Positions 1 through 13,199 of a stretch of DNA of 64,000 nt are shown one piece after another. The DNA comes from Octopus vulgaris. Its lineage: Eukaryota. Numbering within the stretch: position 1 is the stretch's first letter; each line of letters starts with the position of its first letter. The stretch lies in assembly GCA_951406725.2 (NCBI GenBank), contig OX597815.1, positions 76,942,001 through 77,006,000 of the forward strand, in the 5' to 3' direction. A model generated the notes under the pieces. The model was not told the DNA's origin. It saw nothing but the letters and a program-made list of their open reading frames with translations, and did not search any database. Both the position numbers and the translations under genes were made by a program.

Positions 1-528
1 TTCAAATAGAAAGACGTGGTTTATATCGCAGCTGCCTTGTTTCTGTCTAGTGTTTGAAGTTTGCCCTGTTTTTGTAGGGAGTTCATGGCTCAGATTAATA
101 TATGTTTTGAATATGATTTGATTGGTAGAGGATATCACGTTTGGTCTTAGATATTATTGTAGGCTCCCCACTACGTCCGTGTGTTACTATCAAGTGACAA
201 TATTTGGCGTCGTAAGTTAAGGCCGACATAGTTGACTGAACAAATCCAAACAATCAACGCTCTGAATGTTTTCTGTCAAGAGATTGTAGAGAATGAACAC
301 ATGATTAAGTTTATAATCTTTTGTACGTTTCCCGCTACGTCCGTACGTTAGTGTCACGTGACAGTATATTTTGCGCCTAAAAAGAATGCCGGCATAGTTG
401 AGTGAACATTTTTGGTTATAATCAAGGCACTCCAAATTTAATCTGTTTGGCGGGAGAGCGTACAGGAATCGTTTGTATGTAGTCCAATGGTTAAAATTTA
501 GGTTGTTAACTGTGTATCTTCCTCATGA
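1..528. repeat. Left arm of ~510-530 bp inverted repeat (partner 1860-2370); may continue beyond the window start
   Basis: Direct comparison; the ORF track also gives near-identical 72-aa peptides at 217-435(-) and 1954-2172(+). Confidence 0.95.
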
Positions 529-1859
529 TAAGTGGCAGAATGAATTTTATGTGTGAATAGTTATTTGTGTATGTCTTCTGTTGAAATGAATTTTGTGTGT
601 GAATAGTTATTTGTGTATGTGTTTGTTAAGACTTGGCTTGTACTTTTGTATGAAAATATTTTCTTTGTTTACCCGTGCTTCATCTATGGTATTCACTGAA
701 CATAGGTAGAGTAGGAAGACCTGGAATTTGGGAGACTTATTTTTTGCAAATATGTCTGTGTGATCACTCAGTAGAGTGTTTTTCAGTTCATGTATAATAC
801 CCCATTCCTTTCGACTTGTATTGGGCTTGATCTTGGGGGTGTGGAACTTCTTTATTCATGTAGAATGTAGAAAAAGAATCACAAAATTTAATCTCAAGCT
901 ATATTCTTAACTTTCCTAAGTTTGTAATTGCTCTTGTTTCTTACAATTGAATCGTCGCTGAACACTTTATCGCACAATTCCTCTGTTTGGCGTAGCTTTC
1001 TACAGAACTGTGAAATGTCGTTCTGTATTTTACTGGAGTTAGGGTGCTGTGGTATTGGGGTATAGTTTAGGCCTTTTGACAAAATATTAATTTCTTCTAC
1101 TGAGAAAGTTTTTCGATAGCTTTCTTATCTTCGGTTTGTACCATCTGGTGTCGAGAACTCTGTCGGTGGGATCTAAAAAATGATTTTTCAAAATTTTCCT
1201 TTTTTATTACTATTTATATATCCGAGGAGATTTTTCTCTGTTAACTTGCAGTCCTTCGTATCAATTTCGTACATTTGTTGTTCTGGACTGTGTTTGTTTC
1301 TTTCCGCAATTGTCTTTGAAGTTGATATTTTTGTCCATTGTGTGTGTCTTCGGTTTGGGGGAAATTTCAGTCCAGTCGGAGGGAAAAACTCGATTGTTTT
1401 AGATTATTTTGTTGTCGAATTAGTCTTGAATTGTTTTTATGAAATTGGTGACTATAATTTCAATATTTAGGTGTTTGATTAATCAGTGGCGAATGAGGTT
1501 TGTGGATTTTAACTTTCTTTAGGAATGGGTTCTCGGTAGAGTACTCGTTTTTAAAATGAGATTCATAATTGGAGACCCAAAGAACACTTTTCTCCCACCG
1601 TTGAAGATATATTAATTCCTCGTGTTCATATTTTTCTTTCCAAAGTTTAATAATGTTTCCTCGGTCTTCGGATGTTTTTGAAATTTCTGTTTGCATTTGT
1701 GCATCAATCGTTTTAAACTTTTTTTTGTTGGAATTTGCTCTTAGCCGTAATAGCTGGGTTACCATTCTGAATTTGTCGAGAACCATCTTTTCTCTACGTT
1801 TTTATTGTTGTTCGGGTTCATTAGCGAAAGGTCTTATATGTAGTTTCATTGGGAGGATG

Positions 1860-2370
1860 GTCATGAGGAAGCTACACAGCTAACAACCTAAATTTTAACC
1901 ATTGGACTACATACAAACGATTCCTGTATACTCTCCCGCCAGATAGATTAAATTTGGAGTGCCTTGATTATAACCAAAAATGTTCACTCAACTGTGTCGG
2001 CATTTTTTTTAGGCGCAAAATATACTGTCACGTGACACTAACGCCCGGACGTAGCGGAAAACGTACAGGATGTTATAAACTTAATCAAGTGTTCATTCTC
2101 TACTATCCCTTGACAGAAAACATTCAGAGCATTGATTGTTTGGACTTCTTCAGTCAACTGTATCAGCCTTAACTTACGACGCCAAACACGGACGTAGTGG
2201 GGAATCTATAAAAATTTATAAGACCAGTCATGTAACTATCCTCTACCAATCAAATCCTATTCAAAACATATATTAATTTGAGCCATGAACTCCCTATAAA
2301 AACGGGGCAAACTTCAAACACTAGACAGAAGCAAGGCAGCTGCGATATAGGCCATGTGTTTCTATTTGAA
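1860..2370. repeat. Right arm of inverted repeat (partner 1-528)
   Basis: tcatgaggaagctacacagctaacaacc...tttctatttgaa is the reverse complement of 1-528 with scattered substitutions. Confidence 0.95.
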
Positions 2371-2409
2371 CTTTTTGAGAATCAGTCTAAAATGTGAAAC
2401 TGGTTAAAG
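2371..2409 (+). ncRNA. Degenerate minimal hammerhead-like motif at end of the pLTR arm
   Basis: CTTT-TTGAGAA-...-GAA-ACTGGT-T-AAAG: stem I CTTT/AAAG, mutated core, followed by AATAAA. Confidence 0.35.
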
Positions 2410-2529
2410 CTTCAAATACATCAATAAAAGATATTTAAACTATTCTCAGTTCATTTGCAACTTCTATTCCCCCCCCACACACACAAATATATATGTATAT
2501 ATATATATATATATATATAGATATATAGT

Positions 2530-2720
2530 TAATCCAAACATGAACAAAGAGAAAACACAACAACGTGAGGACGTGGAACAAGTATAGTGTTATTGGACGC
2601 TCAGGAAAGGAAAGAAAGAAGAAGGATTTAACGTTTCGAGCGGATCTCTTCGTCAGAAACATAGAAAAAGGAAAGATCCAAGGAAGGGAAGACGAAGAAA
2701 GAAAATCTCCAACAATATAT
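2530..2720 (-). mobile_element. Short non-coding hammerhead-bearing element, copy 1 (motif 2626-2660)
   Basis: Minus: GTTT-CTGACGA-A-GAG-ATCCG-CTC-GAAACGTT-AAAT; homologous to 35389-35606 and 40793-41007; abuts (TA)n. Confidence 0.7.
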
Positions 2721-3574
2721 ACCAAAACAAAAATACAGATCATTTCTGTCGTCTGTATCACGTGTACACAAGTGTTCCGGAGAATAAAATTATCGCACCA
2801 AATATCCCGTATATCGCCATCAATATTTTCACTTAGTTCTGAGTAGCTCTGTAGTGAATACAGTACAGCGGTTCTAGCCAGTATTTTTTTTTTGTCATAG
2901 TCTCTCAAAGACTGTAGCGGTAGCAGAAAATAATTTGGAGAGTGTTTTGTGTTAGTGTGATAGTAGCATGTTATGCAATTCATATAATAGAGCTTATTTC
3001 ATTTACTCGTCGTCAGTTAGATTATTAGCACTATTAGCTTTTGTGCATGTTCTCATTACTGTACTGCCTCGTTTGCAATATAGACTAACAAAATTGCATA
3101 GATCAGACATAGTCCTATCGAGTACAAAATGATATTCTTGAGTAAAGTAACTTTATTTTGATAGATAACGCCATAATCATTGATAATTATGTTCAGAAAA
3201 AAAATGTCATTAGTTTCCCATTATTGATTTTCTTTGATTCATATCAGTGTTAGAATGGGTAGAGATGGATATTTAGGTTTATTTCTATTTTTCTTTTTCA
3301 TACACTAAAATTTGCAATTCTATTCTTTATTCCTCACAATAGTTTTAGGTGTTAGCTTTCATTTTCATTAGCAATTTCTTGCGATATTGTCAATGCTAAC
3401 GAAGTCAATAACATGAGGTGTGATATTTGCAAGATCCAAATTGTAGAATGTGTAGTAATAGTGTGGTAATAAATAGATTCCAGAGAAGATGAAGGCAGAA
3501 GACCAGTTTACCTCCCATAATAATTCTGTAAACTGAATACATTTTTTAAGGTATATTATATCTGAAGAACCTAT

Positions 3575-3575
3575 G

Positions 3576-3635
<60 letters not shown>

Positions 3636-3717
3636 GGAAGAAGAAGAAGAAGAAGAAGAAAAAGAAGAAGAAGAAGAAGAAGAAGAAGAAGAAGAAGAAG
3701 AAGAAGAAGAAGAAGAA
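3575..3717. repeat. (TAA)n followed by (GAA)n compound microsatellite
   Basis: Visible directly. Confidence 0.95.
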
Positions 3718-4022
3718 TGTGTTAGTTTTTGCACCCTGTAATTGCATAAATCATTAACAAGTTGAAATGGAGGTAATTTATTTCAGCTGACCAATTTCTA
3801 AATCTTTTTGTACATTTTTGTATGTTTCCGTTTCTATAGTAATTGGCTCTGTTTATATAAATATGCAAACTTGTTAAAAAACACACAGACGCATTCATAT
3901 TTAGATGCATACATATATATGCACACTCTCTCACACACTGAAACACATTCATATATTCATTCGTAAGATGTGTGTGTGCGTGTGTGTATGTGTGTATGTA
4001 TGTGTGCGTGTGTGTGTGTGTG

Positions 4023-4205
4023 TTCCTTCCTCTTTTTTTCTTTTCTCGGGACTTTTTCCTCTATCCGACGAAGAACCATGCTCGAAACGTCATTTCTACT
4101 CCAAATTTTTAATCTAAAACTTTCATTGAACGTTAATCTAATGAATTCATTATGTACTTCCAATTGACTTTTGTTGTTTTCTCTGCTTTTTCATTCTTGG
4201 ATTTG
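4023..4205 (+). mobile_element. Short hammerhead-bearing element, diverged copy 2 (motif 4062-4094)
   Basis: CCGACGA-A-GAAC-CAT-GCTC-GAAACGTC; pyrimidine-rich flanks resemble the reverse complement of the other copies. Confidence 0.55.
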
Positions 4206-4285
4206 CCTATATATTAATGTACGTGTCTATATATCTATCTATTTATCTACTTATCTATTATCTGTCTGTCTATATGCATATGTTC

Positions 4286-4350
<65 letters not shown>

Positions 4351-5520
4351 AGTACCTATGTATTTATATATGAGAAAGAGTTGGGGAGAAATATTCCAGT
4401 GTCTGCACATAATGTTATAACTTTCAACATCTCCAACGTTGTTATCGACGAAAATGAGAAAGAAGAGAATTGATGATGCTTCTAAAGAGGATTATCTTAT
4501 ATATTTTCTCATTGCGGTTGGAGAGGAGGTGTTGGTGGCTCTTTGCTTATTCTTGACTTTCAACAAGCTATGAAAACCGTTTAATAGGCAGTGATATCGA
4601 TTGACTTTTACAACATGTCATGTAAAGGTGAAAGACGGCAAAGCAATTAAAAAAGAAATAATATAAGAAAGGCTATGAACAGTAACAACAAACGTAACGA
4701 AAAGAATAACAGAACCTAAGTGTTAATATTAAGACTTTAATCTTCTTTCAGGGTAACCTATCTAGTCTCCACCATTTCTTCTTTCTATTTGCTTTTATTA
4801 TTTTCTTTATACCAAACGTTTCAATTTCCAAAGAAACCAAAGAACAGATCGCCACTTAATAGAATAAGCTGTCAAATGGCTGCAATAATCGATAGAAGCT
4901 ACTTCCTCGCGTACATTCCTTTTACTGAGTCTGTTGTAGTAAAACTAGTAAAATATCTTTCTGATCCCCTCCCTCCTCATCATCTTGTATTCGCTTGTAG
5001 ATTGGTGGCAATAATACCTCGTTCATTCTATTATTCTTGATAATATATTTATCGATTTATTCCTTTTTTTTCCACTTGAATGCTTACTTTCTATCGAAAA
5101 TGTTCAAATAAAGCATTGCTGTTTATTAAAAATAATTTTCACTCTAAATAACACTGAAACAAAGAAGTTGTATAAAAAACGTGTAACACACATAAAAACC
5201 ATAATAATGAATATAAAGGTAATAATATGAAAAAATAGCGAAACATAAAATTCATACTAGAAATGCTTCAGTTAATCAAATAGAAAATATCGAACATTCA
5301 ATCAACTGAACTCGGGGCGATTTTAGACATCCACTATTGGATCTACATGACATCAAGGTAATTACAAATTGATTGAACTGTCTACTGTATCTATTTCGAT
5401 CAGAATATTTTTCGGTCTTTATAAATCTTTTTTTTCTTTTTTACGTGTATATTTATATTTTTTAGGATTATTCCTTGGGTACTTTTATATATACATACAT
5501 ACATGTATATATATATACAA

Positions 5521-5563
<43 letters not shown>

Positions 5564-5577
5564 CATACATGTATATA

Positions 5578-5632
<55 letters not shown>

Positions 5633-5650
5633 ATATATAAACAATATATG

Positions 5651-5694
<44 letters not shown>

Positions 5695-6834
5695 TGTGTG
5701 TGTGTGTGTGTGCGTGTTTAGCGGTCACAAGAATGGCTGCACTCTTCGTTAATTCCATGCCTACTGAAAACACCTATACACATAGGAAATTAATTCGTAC
5801 CAACATTATAGTCAAGAAATGTTTTATTATTTTCCATTGTGTGTAGATTTTTGAAACACTCTGTAAAATAAGCACAAATTTGTTAGGTGCGACATTTTTT
5901 ATTGGTTTTAAGACAAAGTGGGGATATCTTGTAGCTCAAAAAGTTGGTCTGGTATAGTAAAAGTAGGGTTATTTATGGATTTAGAGGTCAAAAGCAAGAG
6001 TCAGATATAACTCAACGAAAATTGTGTTCCCCAGTGTTATGAGTAGTCAATGGGAAATTATATATAATTGATATTTCATTTGAATGTGCAAATGGAATAA
6101 ATAGTTTATAATTAGTTTCTAATGTATAGATGGAAATGCAGTTAAAACAATTAGCAAATAATTAATCCAAGAACATTGGATTTTTATTTCTTAGGAAGCA
6201 TTAGTATTGCTAAGTGAACTAATGAAATCGAGATGTATTAAATAGATTAGGTACTGAAACAAAATATTCCTTCAATATTTAGCTTACGGAACTTTTATTT
6301 GAGTTTTCTATTGCAGATTTCCCCTTGTCCTTGAGCAAAACAGTTAAATATTTATACAAGTCTGTCTGTTTAATTAGAAATACGGAGATGAAACAGAATA
6401 TCCTCTAGAGGGATTTGTATCTCATCAGCTTAACATTTGCAATAAGTACAATTAGCTTAATTAGATGTTGTCTTATGGAAGGATTAATGTGACTGGTAGC
6501 GTGCATTATGTCCGGCGGATGACAACCGTATAATGGTATGAAGAGATATGTGCACAAAGAATCATTTACGTGCTGGTGGTGGTAGTGGTGGTCCATAATA
6601 TTTAAAGACAAATGAGAAGAGCAGAGAAGACACATTTCCATTTTGCTCAAGGTAATAACTGGATTTAATGTGACAAGATTTCTCGTGATCTTACTATTTC
6701 GAGTTATTTTTTATGGTATTAAATAACTTATATGATTATACCCCATTGAACAGTGCTTCTCACCCCTATCTTTTTCAGATACTATTTTCAACATCCGTTG
6801 CAACGATTCAGCAATATGAAATGCACCACATATA

Positions 6835-8872
6835 CATGTGTATATGTATGATGGTCTCAAGAAAATGTATGGTCCTCAAGAGCACGGTGCTACTCCTATT
6901 TTTCCGTTGAATAGAGAGACACTCCTCACTGACAATTCTGACATCCTGAAACGATGGATAGATCACTTTGAAGTCGTGTTGAACTCCACCTTAGTCACTA
7001 ACGACGAAGTCATAATGTCTGTTTCACAGCACACTGTAATACCGCAACTGTCTCTGGAGCCATCCTTTCTGTAAGTGGTAAACTCTAGTAAACAGATTTC
7101 TTCTGGTAAAGCACCTAGCAGGGATGCTATCCCTCCTGAAATTTACAAACATGGAGGACAGAAGCTTTTTAAGAAACTGCATGACCTTTTCATAAACATC
7201 TAGAAAGTAAGCTGTGTACCACAGGACTTCAAGGATGCCTCAATTTAACATCTGTATAAGAACAAAGGCAGTAGAGGTTTCTGTGATAGTCATCGTGGAA
7301 TAACGTTTCTGTCTATTGCTGATAGGTTTTTTCTCGACTCATTCTTGAGAGGATACTCAAACACGTTGTAAACGATAAATGATATATATCCAGAATCACA
7401 GTGCAGATTTCGCTCTGGTCGTGGCGCTATCGATGTGATCTTTTCCCTCCGACGGGTCATGGAGAAGGTACGTGAGAAAAATCAAGAGTTGTTCTTGGTA
7501 TTCGTTGACCTTGCTAAGGCCTTCGACACTGTTAACTGGCAAACACTATGGAAGGTTCTGAAAAAGCTTGGCATACCTGACAAGATGCTGAATGTTATCA
7601 TCTACTTTCATGAGGAAATGAAGGCCGTTGTCGTGTCCGGTGGGAAATCTTCGGCTTCCTTTGACATTACAAATGGTTCAAAGCAAGGCTGTGTTATGGC
7701 TCCTGTTTTGTTTGCATTCTTCTTTTCAATGATGCTGAGGTATGCTTTTGGCGACATACAAAGTTTCGAAGAAGTGGCTGACAATTCAATCATTAGCGTT
7801 TCAAAGCAAGAACACTGATAAGGATCAGTATCATTCGTGATCTACTTTTTGCAGATGTTGCTGCAATAGTAGTGACCTCTTTAGAGAAAGCTCAGGAATT
7901 TCTAGACCGTTTTTCTGCTGCATGTAAAGCCTTTGGTTTGACCATCAGCATAAAGAAGTAATCCACCAACATTGCCCTGCTCCTAAATAAATTCGAGGTG
8001 TCAAGCAAAGGCCGCCGGTTCACAATTTTTCTGACACTCCTTTACAGGTTGATGGGAAAAGCCTAAATTATGTGAAGTCATTTACATATGTTGGTAATAA
8101 AGTGAATTTGATGATGAAATCGTCAACCGTCTTGAAAAGACAACCAACGCATTTGACAAACTCCGTCATCGCCTATGGAATGAAAGGGGCATCAAACTAG
8201 ACACTAAAGTACAGGTCTATAAAGCAGCCTTTCTTACTACTCTCTTGTATGGCTCAGAATCTCGGATACCCTATAGACGATACATTAACCAACTAGACAA
8301 CTTCCACAAAGAATGTCTGAGGACAATCTGTGGTTATTCACTAAATGACAAAGTTTCTAGTGCCGACTTGTTTAGCAAGTGTAAGTTTGGTGGAGTTGAG
8401 AATTTCCTTATACAATCACAATTGCGCTAGGCTGGCCATATCGTCAGAATGAGTGACGGAAGAATACTCAAAGTCCTCATGTACAGCCAGCTTGAGAGTG
8501 GACACAGGAAAGTTGGCCGACCATGGCTCAGATATAAGAACAAACTGCAGAGTAACCGCTTAGAGATGAAGATAGCTCTCAACTCTTTTGAGCTAACAGC
8601 TTTGATGCGAACAAAATAGAGATCGTTATGTCAAAATGGTATTAAAAACTTTGTCGCAACCAGCTTTAACAGGCTTTGGTGTGCAAGGCAAAGGAAAAAA
8701 GCGGATGCAAATATGCTACCTGCACTGAACTGTAATCCTTATACTTGCAACACCTGTGGCCTTCTTTGCAAATCGTGGGCGGGATTTAAATGCCACATTC
8801 AGAATAAGCATTAAGACTGACATTGAAAGACTACGTGGTCGGAGCCTCATACGTCGAAACCGACGGGAGTGT

Positions 8873-8879
<7 letters not shown>
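6835..8879 (+). mobile_element. RTE-clade LINE, 5'-truncated, pseudogenised RT with C-terminal zinc finger
   Basis: GKAPSRDAIPPEIYKHGG, FVDLAKAFDTVN, GSKQGCVMAPVLF, DLLFADVAA, LYGSES, QLR*AGHIVRM, CNTCGLLCKSWAGFKCH; stops and frameshifts; ends at (TA)n. Confidence 0.92.
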
Positions 8880-8911
<32 letters not shown>

Positions 8912-10199
8912 AGATCAGGACCTAACACAGCAGGAGCCGTGCCCGTTTTTATTGCGTGTATGGAAATACCCAAAATGTTTGGCAATAGCTTTTAAATCAA
9001 ACCTTTGTCTATTGATTTATATTCAGTTTTTACATTTCAGTTAATCACATTTCGAAGGCTTTTATAATTATTGATGTGACCATTGTTACTATCGTTGCTG
9101 TGATTGTAGCTAACAAATAGTTTATCATAGTATCACATTTGAATTGTTTAAAGTTAATATGTAAATAGAAAACAAAGATTAAAATTTTTTCAGATTCATT
9201 TTTCACCCGCCCATTGTCCACTTGTTTCTGTACTCGTAAATGTTTGAATAACTCCACCCCAAGGGGCAATACAGCTCACTTTGAGAATCACTGCGGCTCA
9301 TTTATGAAATATCTGGCTCACTTATGAGATACCGATGAACAGAAGTAATAAATAAATTAATGAATCTTGACCAGTCAGAATACGCCAAAACAATAACTTC
9401 AGTATAAACACATAATATCTAAGTCAAAGATATACTGACTGGTTATGCATTGTCCACCGTGCCTTCGATGACTAAAACTATATAAATATTAATTAGTTTT
9501 ATACAAAAAGTAAATGATTTCCAATCCATTTCAAAAGTGGTAATTTAAAGCATGGAATCGTATGTATAATTCAGTGAGTGGCTATTATTTTGATTTTAAA
9601 ACAGACACAATTTCTCATGCGTTTCAATCTCAATGTTTATTACGAAGTGAAACGCCATTAAATATACGTGCCGTTAGTTCAGCTCTATAATACATTGAAT
9701 ATAGGGAAATAAAAGTATAATTCATTCAGCTTCTCCACTCAGTGTCATTATACACTGAGACGTGTGTGCGTATGTGTTAGCTTGCGTGTGTTTTTGCCTC
9801 TCAAGTTTCTTTTATTTATTTTCGTGAATTTATAAAATAGTAAAAGATCTGTGTATGTGTGTGTGTGCGTATATGTGTGCGTGTACATATACACACATGC
9901 ACACACTCAATCACGCATATATTTATGTATATACGTACGTATATGTATAAAGTCGATTGAAGCTTGCTGGTTCAAGTATTATTCCGGTAGTTTACGTTTG
10001 CCTCGTTTTAATTATGTTTTAAATATATTATAGATTGTTAGGCAGCAATATTTCTACTACTTTATGTTCTTTAATTAATCTGTGTTTTCAGTTCTAGGTT
10101 GATTAGTTTCTTAGGTTATCATTATTTTCCGTTTTATATATTAGCATCATGTGTTTTCACCTATGTTCAGTAACAATCGTTCAAAACGTTTACTTCGCT

Positions 10200-10680
10200 A
10201 GTTCGTTTTAATCTTCTACAGTTTTTAAGTTCTATAATTTTGGAGGTGGCAATATCCATTTTGATATTTCCTCGTCTTTTGTGTTTCATTTTAAAATTTC
10301 TGTTCGTAGCTATCGATATGAAATAATTTATGTTTGAGACTTGAGATTTGTATTTGTAATAGTGAACAGGTCTAGATATAATGGACATATCTAACGTTTT
10401 GTTCCTGCTTCTTGTCTATCAATTGCCAGGCAGTCTTTATGATTTTTGACGTTGTTAATACCAGCGAATTGAATGGTATTGCCCAAGTGTCGTAACCATC
10501 ATGATATCCGTTAGGCAGTTGATGTTGGACGTATATGTGCGGTGTTCTTTGTTGACTGTGAAATTTTTGCTTCTGCTGTCCTCGTGATTTAAAGTTTTAA
10601 GTATATCATATGTAACGTAGATATATTGTTGAAAGCCTGTTAAATTGTGGTATTCGTTTCGAGAAAGCATTTCTTATAGA
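10200..10680 (-). mobile_element. Highly degraded RTE-like LINE C-terminal fragment
   Basis: NINCLTDIM...IRWY resembles the RTE post-RT CLRxI...IxW motif. Confidence 0.35.
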
Positions 10681-11077
10681 CGTACTATGCTAAAAACCAC
10701 ACAGAACTATATCGGTGGCAGAATAAAATCGTCAGCAGCGGCAGTGGCATTGCTAAATACATAATTCTGCTTTTTGAGCTTCGTCAATAGCAAGTATTCA
10801 CTGGCACCGCATTATATACGAAAATTGGCTGCTAAGTGATACAGTTCAACAGTGATTAAAAAGACACTGATGTCACATTTAGTTGGCAGACTGGAAAAAA
10901 TTCTTTATTAATGGCAGAAGCCGTGTTAGTTCAAAATAATCATTTGTATATCATACTTATAGCAGATATTTGGTGAATGCCTACCAAACTCGTCTCAAAG
11001 AAGTATTTCTGATGTATTTTTCTGTTTTTTAACACTATGCGTCTATAGGAGATGCTGTGTGTGTAGATGGATATATA

Positions 11078-11335
<258 letters not shown>

Positions 11336-11459
11336 CAACAGACCGAGGGGCGGACGGACGAAAGGATTGACGGAGAGAGGACGGGAAGTATGGAGGGATT
11401 TGACCGAAGAGTAATCCTGGACAATTGGGCAATACCATTCAATTTGTATTCTGTGCGTG

Positions 11460-11757
11460 ACTGTGGCTTTAAGCTGGTTGCTCACCCTCCCTATTCTCCT
11501 GATTTGGGCAATCTGGCTATCATCTATTCCACCACATGAAAAAACACTTGAGTGGGATAATGGCGTCATATCTGCCGATAATGCCTTTTTTGACCAACAG
11601 GACGAAAGTTTCTTCACTAATAGGATCCAAGCACTGTAACACTGATGGAAGGAGTGTGTGCACCACAAGGGGGATAATGTTGAAAAATAAATCTCATTTG
11701 GTCACAAAGATGGGAGTATCTTTATCAGCCTATGAACTTTTCAGCCGCCCCTCGTAT
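11460..11757 (+). mobile_element. mariner 3' fragment, related to 33654-34901
   Basis: HPPYSPDL motif, FFTNRIQAL*H*WKEC C-terminus, TIR ...cagcctatgaacttttcagccgcccctcg followed by TA. Confidence 0.85.
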
Positions 11758-11877
11758 GATGCATGTAAACATATTTTTTGCACATATGTAATTCATATAT
11801 ATGGATTGAGCACACGTCTCATTTGCTTGATGCATTTCAATGTTCGTGTGTGTGTAATGTATCTCTACGTGTGTATC

Positions 11878-11916
<39 letters not shown>

Positions 11917-11964
11917 ATGTATGTATGTATGTATGTATGTATGTATGTTTGTATGTATGTATGA

Positions 11965-12672
11965 ATGTCATGTCGCTCTTATGTGCTACTGGTAACATGT
12001 AACCCAGTACAACCTGTTGGAATGAACACTTAGTCACAATGACAGAAAACAGCTGCCTAAGCAACTTTTTTAAGGAGAATTATTGACAGGTAAACGTCCG
12101 TTCCACAAACTAAAGATGAGGTACAAAGATTGTCTGAAGTCGGGATTGAATAAGATAAATGTTCCAATTGACAAATGGGAAGATTTAGCATATTGCTCAG
12201 AAAAATGGAAAAAGTTGTGTATGAAGCCAAAAATGAATTTGAAAGGAAGAGAATGGAGCATACAAAGATCAAAAGACAGATGAGAAAAAGTGACAGGAAT
12301 GATGTTCTAACAAGCACTAATGAAAGTGATGATCTTATATGTGATGAATGCAGAAAGATTTGTCTTAGTAAGGCTGGGCTAAAGAGCCATATGAAATCAC
12401 AATTCGCACAACCGCACATTGATTATAGATGGACAGATGATTTCGAATGCCTACTCTGTCGTAAAATATGCAGATCAAAAAGTAACTTGAAAAAGCATAG
12501 TTCATGGAGTTGTAAATTATACAATCACCAAGTTTTCTTGCACTAATTGTCAAAAAGCATGCAAATCTTTGCCATGCCTCAAAAGCCATAATTTGTGCAG
12601 ATTATCGATGATATTCTAGGGCATAAAGAAGTCAAGCAGTGGCTCTACTCGAAATCGAGTTGGCAACCATCA
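11965..12672 (+). mobile_element. RTE-clade LINE 3' fragment with three tandem C2H2-like fingers
   Basis: GKRPFHKLKMRYKDCLK; CDECRKICLSKAGLKSH, CLLCRKICRSKSNLKKH, CTNCQKACKSLPCLKSH; flanked by (TATG)n. Confidence 0.75.
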
Positions 12673-12696
12673 TGTATGTACGTAGTTATGTATGTG

Positions 12697-13118
12697 TCAT
12701 TATTCAGTTTATTTCAAGATTTTTTGCCAATAGAGAAAGAACCGGTTTCTAACCTAGATCCCAAACTCCTTCATTAGGATTTCAACATCAACAACAGTGT
12801 ATTTTTGTTTGCATGTATGTATGTATGTATGTATGTATGTATGTATGTATGTATGTATGTATGTATGTATGCATGCATGCATGTATATATGTATGCACAG
12901 AATTGTATATTTTATGTATGCATTCTCATGCATATAGTTGCATATCTAGACATGCTCATATATATTTAAATGATATTCTGGAAAGTTTTACAGACTTTTA
13001 CAGTTCCAGTGATGGATCGGATATGTAGTCTTCGAATTAGCTGTCTCCTTTCTGGTTTTGAGAAGCCTAATTTCTCAAGATTGGTATTTAGGCAATGTGT
13101 TACATATCCCGAGGCCCC
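12697..13118 (-). mobile_element. R4/Dong-like (RLE) LINE 3' end embedded in (CATA)n
   Basis: GASGYVTHCLNTNLEKLG...IRRLHIRSITGTVKVCKTF*; matches 28320-28790 including the 3' UTR; both ends in TATG repeats. Confidence 0.75.
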
Positions 13119-13166
13119 TATGTATGTATGTATGTATGTATGTATGTATATATGTATGTATGTATG

Positions 13167-13199
<33 letters not shown>

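Larger units (their letters stand above)
1..2430 (-). mobile_element. Internally deleted Penelope-like retroelement flanked by inverted pseudo-LTR copies
   Basis: Minus-strand remnants: 894-1090 SKGLNYTPIP...DISQFCRKLR (PLE N-terminal motif), ~620-800 PKFQVF...ARVNKENIFIQKYKPSLN (GIY-YIG C-terminal tail), ORF 1460-1786. No RT seen between them. 1-528 is the reverse complement of 1860-2370. Confidence 0.7.

Noticed and set aside
217-2172. Twin 72-aa ORFs MECLDYNQKC...
   Set aside because: A by-product of the inverted repeat; start is TTG and no domain is recognisable.
12175-12546. C2H2 zinc-finger host gene
   Set aside because: Continuous with frameshifted RTE sequence and ends in an RTE-like tail; no splice structure.
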